The notes under the pieces were generated by a model. That model was not told the origin of the DNA and did no database searches. It was given only the letters and a program-made list of their open reading frames with translations. Made by a program: the position numbers and the translations under genes. From NCBI GenBank assembly GCA_012295275.1, contig CM022670.1:40300001-40364000 (forward strand): a stretch of DNA of 64,000 nt, in the 5' to 3' direction. Below are positions 45,882 through 59,546 of this stretch, piece after piece. The DNA comes from Chrysomallon squamiferum (Eukaryota; Animalia; Mollusca). The first letter of the stretch is position 1, and the number at the start of each line of letters is the position of its first letter.

Positions 45882-47204
45882 TTAATGGATTTCAATCAAA
45901 CATCCAAAAGATTCCGTGGAGAGATGGTTCCGAAGTCGTGACAGTGACATCATTACGTTGATTAAGAAGTCAAAACGCTTAATTAATTGGTTGAGGTTTA
46001 GTGTTTAACCATCAGACAACATACATTCTTATGCTGTTATCATTTAGAAGGATAGAAAGGTTTTGTTTTGCAATAATGAAAAAAAGAAGGAAAAAAGAAG
46101 AAGAAGAAAATTAGTCATAAAAGTTTATAATTAACACCAGATTTAAATGTTCTTTTTAACACCTTAATTATTTAACTTTCTTTCATTATCATATGGAATA
46201 TTCAAGTGGAAAAGGCAATTTCAGGGGTGAATTTAACCAACATCATCCAATAAAACCACAGTTTAGTCGTTATCAAGAACAGTGATCTGGACAAAAGGAA
46301 CATTTTTCACATATGCAAAATGTTTTATAATTTGTGGAATTTTAACAAATTGGTTTTCATCTGATTTAATGTTTGGGATTATGTGCATTGTTTGATGTTA
46401 TAGCTGTATTAAATACATGCTTTAACACTTTCATGTTGGAGCAAATTCATTGCTTTCCTCGGACTGGGTTTGGGCTGAGTTTTGAAGTTGAATATTTCTC
46501 TTTAAAGAGAGCCTTTTGAAGGTGTAACTAGGTATACAAAAACTGCAAATTAGTTATGGTGTATTGCGCACATCATATGTATGTAACTGACAAGTTGCTG
46601 CTTCCAAGTAGGATAAACTGAATGTTCAAAAATTTTTTTTCTTGTTACTTTATTAACACTTGTTAAAGTTAATTGTTAAACCTGTTCAAAATAATTATAT
46701 TGAAATTCATCTTTGAATAAAACATTCATTAAATGTATATCAATTAATCTTGTGAATCTTTAAATTATGCTATATTAGAACCAGACAAACTGAATTACGA
46801 AACAGAAACCTTCATATTCATGGAACAGTCTTAACAACTTAATTATTTAAAATGTTCAGAAGAAAATAATGTAACTGTGACAAATACTTGCTTCTGAAAG
46901 AAATTACAGTATTAACTGTGACATTGGTAGACTGGTGAATACTACAACAGCAGTAAGCTAGGACAAACAATATCGAAATCTTGTTTTACAGAAAAACATT
47001 CACTGCAGATTTTTCTGATACAACGAAATTGTTAACTAGCAATATGATCTTTAGATATTATTTAATTTGTATAATTTTATAATTTTTTATAACCTTTTTT
47101 TTTTTTTTTTGACGTTTATAAATTAATCCAAAGATAAACTGCATCCAAAACACAGTTTCAACAACGGTGATATTTAAAATTATTATTTTTTTTTTTTTTA
47201 ATTA

Positions 47205-47253
<49 letters not shown>

Positions 47254-47763
47254 CCCCTGTTTCAGTTACAGAAAACTAGCTTTGAAACATGTTTTCTTCA
47301 TGTATATTTCTTTTCACTAGTAAAAAATTACTAATATCAGACTGAGAAGTTGTTTAAATTTATTTTCACTACAGAAATATAAATCTCAGGTATCACAAGA
47401 AGTTAAAATACTCTGTATCAGCAAATTCCCACTAAGTGCCCAGGTTTATTGTTTTTCTTTACTCTCATTTGACACCTGCCTCTAGTTTTCCTTTATTTTT
47501 TCAGTACTTTAATTTAATTATCATTGTGTCTGTTCAAACAGAGTGGTAATATATATTACATATGTTCAGGTTTATATATTCATTTTGGAAATTACTATAT
47601 TAAATGGAAAATTTCTGCGGGTTTTCTAAAAATGTAATGAATGAAATTTTTCATAGTAATTTAACAATAACTATCCTCTCCATTATTGTCAACATGAGAT
47701 TAATTTTTTTTTTTTTTTTTTTTTTTTTAAATACACATAAGACATTCTTGAGGCATGAAATTT

Positions 47764-47795
<32 letters not shown>

Positions 47796-50700
47796 CTTCT
47801 AAATAACCATTTTCTGTTGAATGATCTCTAGTGGGATTTTTAAGTTTTTTTTTTTTTTTTTTTTAAGACTTCACATTTTTTTTTCCTATATATTTACCAA
47901 ACTTGTTTAGCATTTATTAATCGGCAGTATTTATTGTATAGAATGACAAAAGAACTTGTTAACTATTTCTAGCATTAACTCAAGTACTTTATATTATTAT
48001 TTATTTATTTTATTTTATTATTATAATATTAAATTGTATTTAAACTTCTGATCTTTGTTTAGCTGTGTTCACCTCGTATGGTTAAGTGGTGCTCTCATTA
48101 ATGTAATAATTTTATTTATTTATTGTGAGGAGATTGGTCATTTTATTATTATTATTATTATTATTAATTACTTTTTAAATTCTCAACACTACAACCCCAC
48201 CTCCCCCGACTAGTGCTGTTACATCAACAGTCCATTAAAAAAAAAAATATCTTGGGCTTGAGGGTGGGGAATGTGTGCCAGTTTATGAAAACATTTTCTG
48301 TTGCAGTGACAGTGGTATGTGTGCATTTGGGGTGGAAAACCAACAAAAATTAAAAATATATATATATATATATATATATATACACTGGTCCATATTTTTA
48401 TTTGTTTTTATTTTGTTATATCCACTTGCTCTCAAATCTTACACACTGCCATATTGATAAGCATGTATGCCAAATTAGCTCAGTTTAGATTTTTCAACCA
48501 CTGTAACAACAGATGTATCTGTTTTAGGTGCATATCATTTATTTTCCTTTAATTTTGTTTAAACCTGTATTTTAACTACAGTGTGTACATAACTTTGAAA
48601 AATGTTGAACCTGGATTAAGTTTTTTTTTAAATGTACAGTTGTTTTTACTGCATTTGTCTTTTGTAACAAACGTTTTGGCAGTGGGTTACTTGAGACAAT
48701 AAACATGATGTTTCATAAATATTTTAAATGTCTTGATCTTTCATTTTAAGTGATTCCTTTTCCCAGAAATGAAGTTTGAATTTTTGAGAATGCAACACAC
48801 AAAATAAGAACACTTTTATATAATATGCTTTATTTAATTTGCTTTTTATGACATTCACAATTACAACAAAAAAAAAAAGCTGTTTATATGCAAAGTATGT
48901 ATCTTGTGACAAAGGTGCATGGAATTAAACACCACATAAACATGTATATGTTTCAGCATGTTATTAACAGTATTAACACACTTAAAGACTTCAATATGTT
49001 TTTTTCTACAAGTTTTCACAAATAGATAAATAATCATTAGGTTTAGCCAGTTTCTAATGAAACTAATTTAGTTTAACATATTCAGATTAATTAAACATTC
49101 ATTTCAGTAATAGTTTTTCCAAAAATTTGCAAGCTGAAGTAGGTAAGTGAAATAAATGAAAAGTATTTTAAGTATTAATTAAATGTACAGGGACAAACAT
49201 ACCATCTCCCTCATTTATTTTTTCCGTCAGTTGTTTCCTAATACAACTTAGAATAATGAATGATCCCATTAGTTGATGTATGGTCCCCACTGATAAATTT
49301 CAAGTATGGCAACAATACAACTAAACCACAAGGCAGAGTCATTAATCCAATGTTTAGATCTGTTGATAAACAATATATATATTGGATTGTGACAGGTGGG
49401 GTACAATGTTCTCCCATCACAACAAACTGAAATACTTCATGTATTTGGAGTGAAATTTGTTTATAGTTTGATAATGAAAGATAGGCTGCCAGTTGAACTG
49501 CTCAGCAATGACTCAAAGTCAACACAAAAATCTATAACAGATACTTGAATGAATATAATTTAGCGATATCAGATTCAGTACATTAAATGAAGTAACAGTT
49601 TGCTAAAGAATTGTTTTCACTATGGTTAGAGACTATGTGTTACAGAGAAATCTATTTTAATTTCTGTGAGTGTTTACAAAATTCTTTAATTTGAAACCAA
49701 ATTACATTCATTATTTGTTGCCAAAATAATTTACTATTTATAAATTTGACAGAAAATAGTTGGAGAAATGCATTTGTAAAGCTCAGAAGTTACTTTAGGA
49801 TTCAAGGACACAAGTTAAAATGAATCAGTTACTTTTTAAAACTTGCCAATTTTATTAATTTCTATTTGGCAGTCCATATACACAGAACAGTGACACCCTA
49901 TATATAAATTGCAAAGTATTTTAGTTACTTTTCGTAATAGTTTTTAATCATCTTATGATGAAAAAAAAAAAAAAAAAAAAATTAATTTCAGTTGATCTGT
50001 ACCAAATTATCCAAGCAAATTTTTTTTTAAAAATTTAAAAACAAACAGACCAATACACATCATCATACAAAAACAGTTCAATATTTAATAATAAAACATG
50101 TTGAAATATCTTTAATTATTCATTTAATTGGTTCAATTCCGTATGTGTGGGTGTTTTACAAAATAAAATAACAATGATTATTCATGTTAAATTATAAACC
50201 TACAATACATAATATTACATTACGTTTTTCTTCTTTAATTGTTAAAACTTAAAATACATCATAAGGACTGATATTTTTCCATCTGGAAATGTAGATCTAC
50301 TAGATGCATTCTATGTATACGAGTTGAATAAAGATAGCCACAAATGTTACGTCTATTATTTTTGTTAAAATGATGTATTTCATAAACTATTTCTTTGTAT
50401 TCATTAAAAAAAAAAAAAGAAGTTGATCATTGCACATCATCTTCGTTTCTGAAAAAAAAAGAAGAGAAAAATAATGTTGGGCATGAAATTTTATACATCC
50501 AAGTAAGTTACTTTCACATAATAATCTTCATGATAACATTTTCATTATCAGGTAACCCTTGGTAACAGCATATAGATGCATTCTAAATTGAAGAGGAACA
50601 GGTACACTCTTAAAAGGTTTAAGAGACTTGTTTTATCTAGCCGATACCATTTTGTGAAGTATTTACACGAGCTAAACAACAAAGATCATAAAACAAATCT

Positions 50701-50796
50701 CACTTAAAGAAAAATGCGCGAAATTTGATGTCACGTGACTATTTTCCCAACGGTTTTAATGTCGAGATCGTAATCTCTCATTCAAACACAAAGATA

Positions 50797-50851
<55 letters not shown>

Positions 50852-51007
50852 TTAAATATTTTATTATATAACCGAGTCATCAACATCAGTCAAATGTGTA
50901 AGCACAATCTCTGTATATTCGAGACCCTGTCAGTGGTTACGAAATACAAAACGAATTCTCCCCCCTCATTCTTTTTTATATTTTACAACGGTAACTACTT
51001 ATCTCAC

Positions 51008-51562
51008 ACGTGATGGAAATGGGTTTTATGATCTCCAGGGATAGGGGCGGATTTGTCACGAAACTAATGAAGCGCGACCAATCCCATGGAACAATCCCAT
51101 AGAAGAAGATAACAGTGGTAATCCATATCGCATTGCTACTTGCGAAGGTCCCTATAATTCTTCAAATTTACAACTGACTAGGGTACGCTAAAGTCCGTGC
51201 ATCTGTGGTTGAGAAGGAGAGGAATATGTACGTACTATGAAAAAGCAGTTTTCGGAACACATAACTGAATAAATATCGACTTATTTATCTTCTACCCTAA
51301 CTGGCGCTATCTAATTTCTAATTCAAGAAAATCGTATAAAAAAAAGTTTTAAATTCAGTAAAGAATGAGTGTGTTTTTTATTTTTGATAAGATATTTTAA
51401 TATATGTATATTCTGTTAGAGTTAAATAAAATAAAAAGTATAAATGTAGAAAATAAACAAGTTAACTTTAATTATTAATAGCTTAAGAGAAACCGGACGT
51501 ATACTGGAAACTGAAAAGTACCGGAAACGCTTTCATCTTGCGTACGTCCATTTCCATCACTG
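51008..51562. mobile_element. Possible non-autonomous DNA transposon (MITE)
   Basis: 13-bp inverted repeats GTGATGGAAATGG (51010-51022) and CCATTTCCATCAC (51548-51560), with a CAGTGATGG-like end on the right. No clear TSD. Confidence 0.35.
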
Positions 51563-52291
51563 CTCCACCATTTAAAAGTTGCCATTACAAATAAGAATGA
51601 GAAAATAATTTGAAAATATTACTTATAAATGTTTGATAACTGTATCCCTCAGTTTAAATTGTTTTTGTTTTATTTAAAAGATAATTATATCTTTTATTTC
51701 ATTCAAAAATTATTATTATTATTATTATTATTATTTGATTCTTTCTTTCTTTCTTTCTTTCAAACAACCAGTTCAACCTTTCTTGTCCATGGTCAGTTAA
51801 TGTTGAGAATGCAGACAAATCGAAGCGAGTATAAGTATTTCCTAACCATTATGAAGTAATAAACTTTATTACTGTCTGCAGTATCATATTTACGATAGAG
51901 TTAAATTACGATAAATGAAGCGACAACGTTTCACGTTGTTATTGATAATATTCTTCCTTCCATAACCCCGACTTGGACTTGATTTCTCTGAAATTTTACA
52001 CATATAGAAACATATATTCCTTCTTTTTTGTCCACATTTTCCCCGACTGTTTTGCACAAAGTTTGGTAGGGCAGTTACCCACCACCCCCACCCCCACCAA
52101 CCTTTTGAGACGTGTGCCCATGATATCCATAACAGATTTCGGCCTTGACAAAAATGTGTGAGATTGGGACCGTTCAACTTCAGTTTAAATACACACAATA
52201 TTTATGTATTATGTACAAATATTTTGTTCACCAATAGCATTTTAAAAGATCGAAAAAATAAAAATAAATAAAAACTGTCCTAGTCTTCTTT

Positions 52292-52323
<32 letters not shown>

Positions 52324-53284
52324 GTTGTTTCCCCATCTTTATTTATTTATTTATTATAGAGAGACAAACACACCCTCTGCCCCCTTCCTCAAAAAAGTAC
52401 AAAACAAACAAGCAACAAAACAAAAAAATGATACGACAAATGTTGCATGAATACGGTGTATGTAAGATGTATATCAAATCATAGCAACTGCAGGTGAAAT
52501 AATACAGATTCTGCACTTGTGGATGATATATACTATTACCAAAACCTATAGGCGTACGCAGTTAGTAACTAGGTCAGTAAACACTTATAAAGTATTCATT
52601 ATCTTAATTATTATCATCAGTCGAAACCGCAATTCAGTTATCCATGATACAAATAATTACGACTTACGACGTAAGTTATGCAACGTGCTCTTCTTACCTG
52701 TAAGGTAACTACTGTTGTCAAGAGACGACTACAATAGACACTGCACGGCTGACCTACTAGGGCATCTACTTGTTTACAAGCTGACATAAGGAATGTACTG
52801 ACATTATTTATTTTCGGAAGCAGAGCGTATAGACTGGTGCAGATTAAGTGGTTAGATTGAGGCTTAGTTCGAGTTACATGCCAAGAGTTGAACAGACGCA
52901 GAAATACATTCGCTTATTTCAGTCATGAGCAAGCGCTGGATAGAAATATTGCTTAAGTAATGTTTAAAACAAAGTGAGCAAGACGTAACCAGTGTATTTC
53001 TGTCGGATATCTTCGTAGTAAAAAAAATACCGTTGAAAAAGCTCTGTCTTGTTTTCTTTGTGTTTTCGGAAAGTGTTTTGTCGGAATTGTGTTTGTTTTA
53101 CAAGCAAACTAAGAGGTTATTATTATTATTTAAATGATGTATAGTGTGCACTACCAAACAGTTATGTAACTCTATTCAGTTCATTGTAAGACGTAGTCCG
53201 ATTCATTTCAACTCAAGAACTGGTTGTTCCACTTAATGTTTGTAGGATATTCTCGGGTTGCAAATTAGTAAAAGAATTCTCGCC

Positions 53285-53842
53285 ATGTCTTGGACGGATT
53301 TTGTATCACACCTGCTGGCCACAACACACAAAATTGAAAAGGTAGCAGTTTTAAACATCGAAGGCCAGTCTCTTGCTGTAACAGAAGGGTTAAGCATTTC
53401 AAATTCGGAGGGACTGGCTCTCGTTAAATCCCTTTCAGACAGTTCTCGTAGTATCACCCGCCTTCACATCGACAACAATTTCTACACGTTATTCCAAGGC
53501 AACGACATCACTGTCATCGGCGTCAGTCCAGACAGAGACCGCGTTTTCGTTGCTCACAGATGGGAAGATCACGTGGTGGTCGCATTTGGAAACACGACTG
53601 GTCACGGCTCCTTTCTTTTCGAACTGAAAAAGAACTTGATGCGGAAGCACCAAAGTGAGTTACACCCTGAGACACAAAGGCAGAGTCAACACGGGTCGGT
53701 GATGTCAGATAAATCGAACAAACTTTTGGAAAATATTATTTTAGAATCGGAGATCGGTGAGAACGGTAACGTTCAAGAACAACTGAACGCCAATGAACAA
53801 CTGAGTCTTTCGGACAGTGAAGTGTTATTACAAATGAATTAA
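53285..53842 (+). CDS. Divergent profilin-like protein with ~60-aa polar/acidic C-terminal extension, 185 aa
   Basis: Start GCCATG at 53285, downstream of a 3' splice site TTTGTAG ending at 53245. N-terminus MSWTDFVSHLLA...KVAVLNIEGQSLAVTEGLSISNSEGLALVKSLSD follows the profilin pattern MSWxxYV..L....AAI.G.DG..WA.S.GF.IS..E...L...F.D. Long ORF of non-repetitive composition. AATAAA at ~54154. Confidence 0.7.
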   Translation: MSWTDFVSHLLATTHKIEKVAVLNIEGQSLAVTEGLSISNSEGLALVKSLSDSSRSITRLHIDNNFYTLFQGNDITVIGVSPDRDRVFVAHRWEDHVVVAFGNTTGHGSFLFELKKNLMRKHQSELHPETQRQSQHGSVMSDKSNKLLENIILESEIGENGNVQEQLNANEQLSLSDSEVLLQMN

Positions 53843-55239
53843 TCGTGTTGTGTGCATCCAGGACACTAATGTGTATATGTGTGTAAGTACTGCAGGTATC
53901 TGTGAATGCGTATCAATTGTTATTTACTTCAGTATTTTTGATGTTACTCTCTATAACGTATTCAAATTATACTCTTTCTTCTTCCTTTTATTATTATTAT
54001 TATTATTAATCAACATAAACTTATAATTTAGATTTACCACAACTATATTTTTATTTTCGAGAAGTGTAACTACTTTAGTATGAATAGTAAATGAAATATA
54101 TTTTGTATACTTATAAATGTTTTATTTGTTTTTAGCGACATTTCTTTGCTAACAATAAAGTATAAACATAAAAGAAGAAATACACAAGGATTGTTAAAGC
54201 TGCATTTTTGCAGCCATTGACCCAGTAACTGTTTTGTACATTACTTTCATTTAAAATAAATACTTCACATTCTGTCAAGGTTTATTTACTTTTTAAATTG
54301 CTTTTTCTTTTTTACAATTCCACGTTCAGAATGATAATGAGAAATCAAAACGAGTGTCGTTTCATACTTTTTAAAATAATATTCAACTGTAGGTAACATT
54401 TAACTTGAAGTACGTAAAAAATACTTAGCTGTAGGCCATACATTTATACGTGATACTACAAGTTTAAAAGTGTGTGTGTGTGTGTGTGTGTGTTGCGTAT
54501 TATCATTCATTAAACAAATAAAGTTGCAAAAAAAAAAAGAAGAAGAAGAAGTTGACGATTTTTAACAAGTATTTACGAAAATATTATTGGTTATTGTTGT
54601 CAGTAGATTCTTGATGTATAAAATGTACTAGATACCTGTGTTACACTAATGTAATTAAAAGCTGGTTTGTCCTTGTTTTTAATAAAACGATGTAATTCAA
54701 CATCACAGATTTTATATATATACACACACATACATATGTGTGTATATGTTTGTGCGTAGTGCTGTTTATATAGTTGAAGTGTGTACAAAAATTATAAGTG
54801 GTTGTGAACAAATTAATCGCTGTCTTAGTACATTACACTGATTTTGTAAATAAAACATTCCTTTTATAACATGACTTTGTTCTTGTGCGGGTATGTGTAT
54901 TTAGTTTTGTTTTATAGTAAATTTCAGGTTACATCGTACAGACGACATATTCAATTAATACATTGCAAAAAAAATATTAATAGCAATAATTTCGTATTCA
55001 TTTACAAGGATTTAAATGAATTCTGTATTGTTTCATGTCTAAATACTTTGGAAAAACATATTCTGATAAGGTATCCTCAAAGACTCTTTTTTAACTTTTG
55101 CAAACAAAATCCACCTTCCTAAGCGCGCCTTTGAACATTTCCTGTTCCAGTCAGAACTGCTCGTTTGTGTTTTCCTGTCAGTGGAAATTGAAGCCTGTAA
55201 AATTATATTTTATGGAACTGTGGAGCTGGTTTCCTCTAA

Positions 55240-55712
55240 ACATTCAGCCTTCTTCTAAATATTTCACCAGTATCCCGTTATTGGGCGAAAGCTTTAAGAT
55301 GTTACTGCACAATTGCCTGTCTTGTGCTATTTTCTTTCATAATAGTTATTTCCATTATTTACATACTTCATCTCTCGACCGCCTTCTTAATCTTTCACTT
55401 CGTACGGTCGCCAAGTGGTGATAAACGGTGTCAATCGGTTATTTTGTATTCTAACAACGTCCAGCTGTAATTCTATCGTATAACATTTCTAATCACATCC
55501 GTAACCTTTGTTCTCACCCTTAACCACATGTTTGTTTTTCGGTCCCGGTAAGTAATGCTTAACATAACTTTCCGCCTTTGTTTTGTGCGGCTGCTAATTT
55601 ATTCCTCGTCCCTTTAATTAATGCGCGTATCTCCGGGCCGCGTATATCACTGCTCGAAGTCCCATCAAGCAGGTTCGATATACTTAACTCCTGTCGCCTG
55701 TTCTTGTATTTC
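55240..55712 (-). mobile_element. Decayed RTE-like non-LTR retrotransposon, 3' part
   Basis: Fragmentary - strand translation GPEIRALIKGTRNKLAAAQ / ITYRDRKTNMWLRVRTKVTDVI / NNRLTPFITTWRPYE / IAQDRQ resembles the RTE ORF C-terminus (YG.ETW.L....NKL..AQ; IT.RDR..N.WIR..TKV.DI; AQDR..W). Contains stops and frameshifts. Confidence 0.7.
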
Positions 55713-55925
55713 AGACTCCTACACAAACACCTCAACACGGCTAACCTAAACAAAGAAAGCAAAGAAATGCAAATAAATAGAGGAGTGCGACAGGGCGACA
55801 CTATATCACCCGAACTATTTTCGGCAACACTCGACAGCATATTTCGAAATCTTACCTACGAAACGACAGGCTAAGTGATAGCTGGAGAATGTACATCAGT
55901 CACCTTCTTTTTCACCACTGCAGTT
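55713..55925 (+). mobile_element. Decayed non-LTR reverse transcriptase core fragment, inverted relative to the adjacent 3' part
   Basis: INRGVRQGDTISPELFSATLDSIFRNL matches the RTE-type RT motif (GVRQGDTISPKLF), followed by a degenerate G..I.GE...HL.F. Confidence 0.85.
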
Positions 55926-56192
55926 AGATAAACCCGGTTGGAAACTACAATTATTTCGCCGACGAAGTGTGAAAGTTAGAAAAAGCATATACTGTAATTT
56001 AATCAAAGCTGTAGTAATCTAATATTTTTCTTTTTTTTTTTAACCTTGTTGTTTACTTTCCAAAAAAAAAAAAAAAAAAAAAAAAAGTCTACCCAAAAAT
56101 TCTTCCACATTTCTGTCATTATACATCATAACTCTTTTAACTTATTAAATTTATTTATTTATTTTATTTTACTTTATTTAATTATTATGGTG

Positions 56193-56242
<50 letters not shown>

Positions 56243-56458
56243 CAGTTTATTTTATTATATATTTTTTATTTTTTTTTTTATCATTATTATTACTTTTTTT
56301 TTTTTTTTTTTTTTTTGGTCATGTTTAATGTATTCATCACTTCGTTACTTTACTTTGCCTTTCTGTTAAAAAATGAAATGCAGCAAATGTCCTATGAATA
56401 TTTATGTTATGTGTTTACACGTGGCAGTTATTTATATCACGCGCAACAACAAAACGGC

Positions 56459-58277
56459 ATGGTGTCTCACAACGCAGTAACTTGCTTGTTGCTCTACACG
56501 TGCTTTTGTAAGATCTCAGCAAACCATAATCAAAACGAGTTTTGTCAGAAACATGAAAATGGAGTCACGTGTGACAAAATGAATCCTACACTTACACATC
56601 TGGATGGCGGAGAAGTAAGATATCTTATCTGAAACAAAATACTACGACAACTAAATCTGGATATGATAAGCGATTCCACATTAATAATGCTTAAAGAAAC
56701 GGAGCTCATACATTGTAAATTTTATTAACAGTAAAATTAATACGAGTGTTAAATTCCAGTATCGATATTTTTTCTTAGTACAATCATTTTTACCGATATT
56801 ATTTATTTTCAAAATATTGCAATTAAAATGATTATAGTATAATAATATTTGTTAAAATATACAAAAAATAAATAGAGGTTTATTTATATACTATAGACTC
56901 TATTAAAATTATTAAATCCGATTTTATTTAACCCAATAAATAACATATACTTTTTTCTTCCTTTTTTATTTTTTAAAGGTTGGAAAAATAAAAGAAATTG
57001 TTCTCAGTGATGGTTCTAAATTGGAAATGAAAACTCTCAGTTTAAAACCAGTCCTCTTTGGTGAGTTTAGCAGTCGATGTAGTTAATTAGTGAATCAGTG
57101 TTTACGAAACCTTAATACGTTTTAGTATTCATATTATTTGATGTCGATTATACGCTTTATATATATATATATATATGTATTACAGTCAATCTGTATAATC
57201 AAGTAATATGTATATTACCTGAAAAATTCAAGTAATATGAAAAAGAAGATAAAATACATGACATGAATGGACAGCTCAACCGCTACAGTTTACTGGATCA
57301 AACCATACATGGCCATAACTGCATTGAGCCAAATAACTCATACCGAAATTGACGATTTATGGGGGGTTTTGTTTTGTACAAAGATTTAATTTTAAAAATA
57401 TAAAATATAAATTTCTATTCCGATAGAAACGATATCCACTGAAAGAATTCATTTAGTTTAAAAACGTGTTGTTATTTTTGACAGAATTGCCGGGTTTTTT
57501 ATCTGATGAAGAGTGCAGTCATTTTCTGACTTTGGCCAAGCACACTGGACTTAGAAGCAGTGGAACGTTTAAGGTGAAAACAAATCATTTCAGAATTCAC
57601 GACATGGATGGCGATCGTAAATTAACTCTTACCGAAGTATAAATCTACTACTACTACTACTATTACAACTATCACTATTATTATTGTTGTTGTTGTTGTT
57701 GATCTTCTTGTTATTGTTATATATATATATCAGTGGCGTGCAGAGGTCTGGTGATGCCCTGGGGCCAACTCCTTGTTTGAATGCCCCAAAGACTCAAGTA
57801 TAAGGCCTGGTATTGAGAAACATTATGAGAAAGGAAGATATTTTGAATATGGAAACACAAATGAAATATAAAATAAAATCACCCAAATTTATTAAGTTCT
57901 TTTCCCCAAATGATACCTCCTGTCAGAAAACACTTGAATTACTTCACTTTTTACATCAGCTGTTAGAAATTCTTTTTCATTGCATATTAGTCAGTCGCTC
58001 CTGAGATGCTGAAGACCTCGGATTTTTTTTATTAATTTCATTTTGAAAATGACCTTTCACAACTTGTGACTGAAAATGCTATTGTAAGTCCCACCCCATT
58101 TGGATGCCCGGGGCCACCGCCCCTTCGGTCCCCTGTCTGCACGCCAGTGAGATGTATCACTCTAAGAACTTGTCTGTCTTTTACTATTTCAAACAGTGTC
58201 TGATGATCTGCTTATTTCCTGATCATGTTTTTTATTATTTTTTTTTTAATCTTTTTTCTTCTTTTTTTTTTTTTTTT

Positions 58278-58312
<35 letters not shown>

Positions 58313-59172
58313 TTTTTTTTTTTTTTTTTTTTTTTTTTGGCCGACCAATCTCAATTAATAACGAAATATAACAACCTAAGAATACAGTGAAATAACTGGA
58401 CTCCGCCATTTTTTTCACAATGCCTACAGAGCAACATTCTATCAAGTTTTCAGTCAGAATTTTGTTTTAGATCATTCATTCGTACTGGCGCAGTTACCCT
58501 TCAAACACACAGACAAATTTTGTATTACGATTATAAATTCCTGTAAGAACAACAACTAAATTTTAAATTTCTTTATAATATTATCTTTTATCTGCTTATT
58601 TATAAACTTTTTTTATATTTATAAAAATCTAAATTACAGATGAGAGTTACAATAGAAGAATTATTTGACGTGTATCTTTCCGAGGATGATATTTTAAACA
58701 TGTAAGTACAAAATAATGTGTGACAGCTTTGAAATAAAAATATATAAGGTGAGACAATGTGTATGTGTCTGTGAGGAACACGGGAATGAATGAGCACATG
58801 CATGACCGAACGATGCTTGTTAATCTTAGTGCCACACCCATTTTAACAATAATAACATCACTGCTTTATTTTATATTTACAATGTCTCTGTTACCACCCT
58901 AGCAACAGTTTTTACTGAACTGAAAATTATTAATTGAACAGTCTCTCTATCATATTTTTATTTCATTAAAATCGCAACTCACGTTACACATTCACTTTTA
59001 TATGAATAATACATGTTTCAGTACAAAACAGAATTAAATAAACGCAAAATATAAAAATTCACAGTGGGAATAATAGTTCGAATAGTGTAGACAGTTTTGT
59101 GAGCGAGTTTAAGATGTCCAAATATGTTTGAAGATTCTTGAAGAATATTTCTTGTGGAATTTAAATCTATCT

Positions 59173-59203
<31 letters not shown>

Positions 59204-59514
59204 TTATTGGGTTTTTTTTTGTTTTTTTTGGGGGGTTTGTTACAGACGTTAAAATTTGACAAATAAATGTAGTCCTACATCACCGACATTTTCATATATT
59301 TTTGTAAAACCTATGCAGTTATGTGCACCAATACTGGCTTTAACCTGTGCATAAAAAAGATAACAAATATTTAATTATTCATTTGTATGTAGCAATTACA
59401 TTTAATGCTTGTAGTTGTTAAGGTTAAGTTATTTTCATTTATCAAATAATAAATAAATAAATAAATAACAACAACAAAAATAATAATTAGGTAGTTCATC
59501 TTCTTCTTCTTATT

Positions 59515-59546
<32 letters not shown>

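Noticed and set aside
48068-48083. 16-nt exact match (TTCACCTCGTATGGTT) to an ELP3 exon boundary at 38578-38593
   Set aside because: It does not extend, and about one 16-mer match is expected by chance among all position pairs in 64 kb.
53258-53284. N-terminal extension in the ORF track for the profilin-like gene
   Set aside because: It starts at TTG. The ATG at 53285 has a Kozak context and gives the family-typical MSW start.
55578-55874. ORF 55578..55874 as a host gene
   Set aside because: It is a chimera across the inversion junction of a decayed LINE. Only the RT motif part is meaningful.
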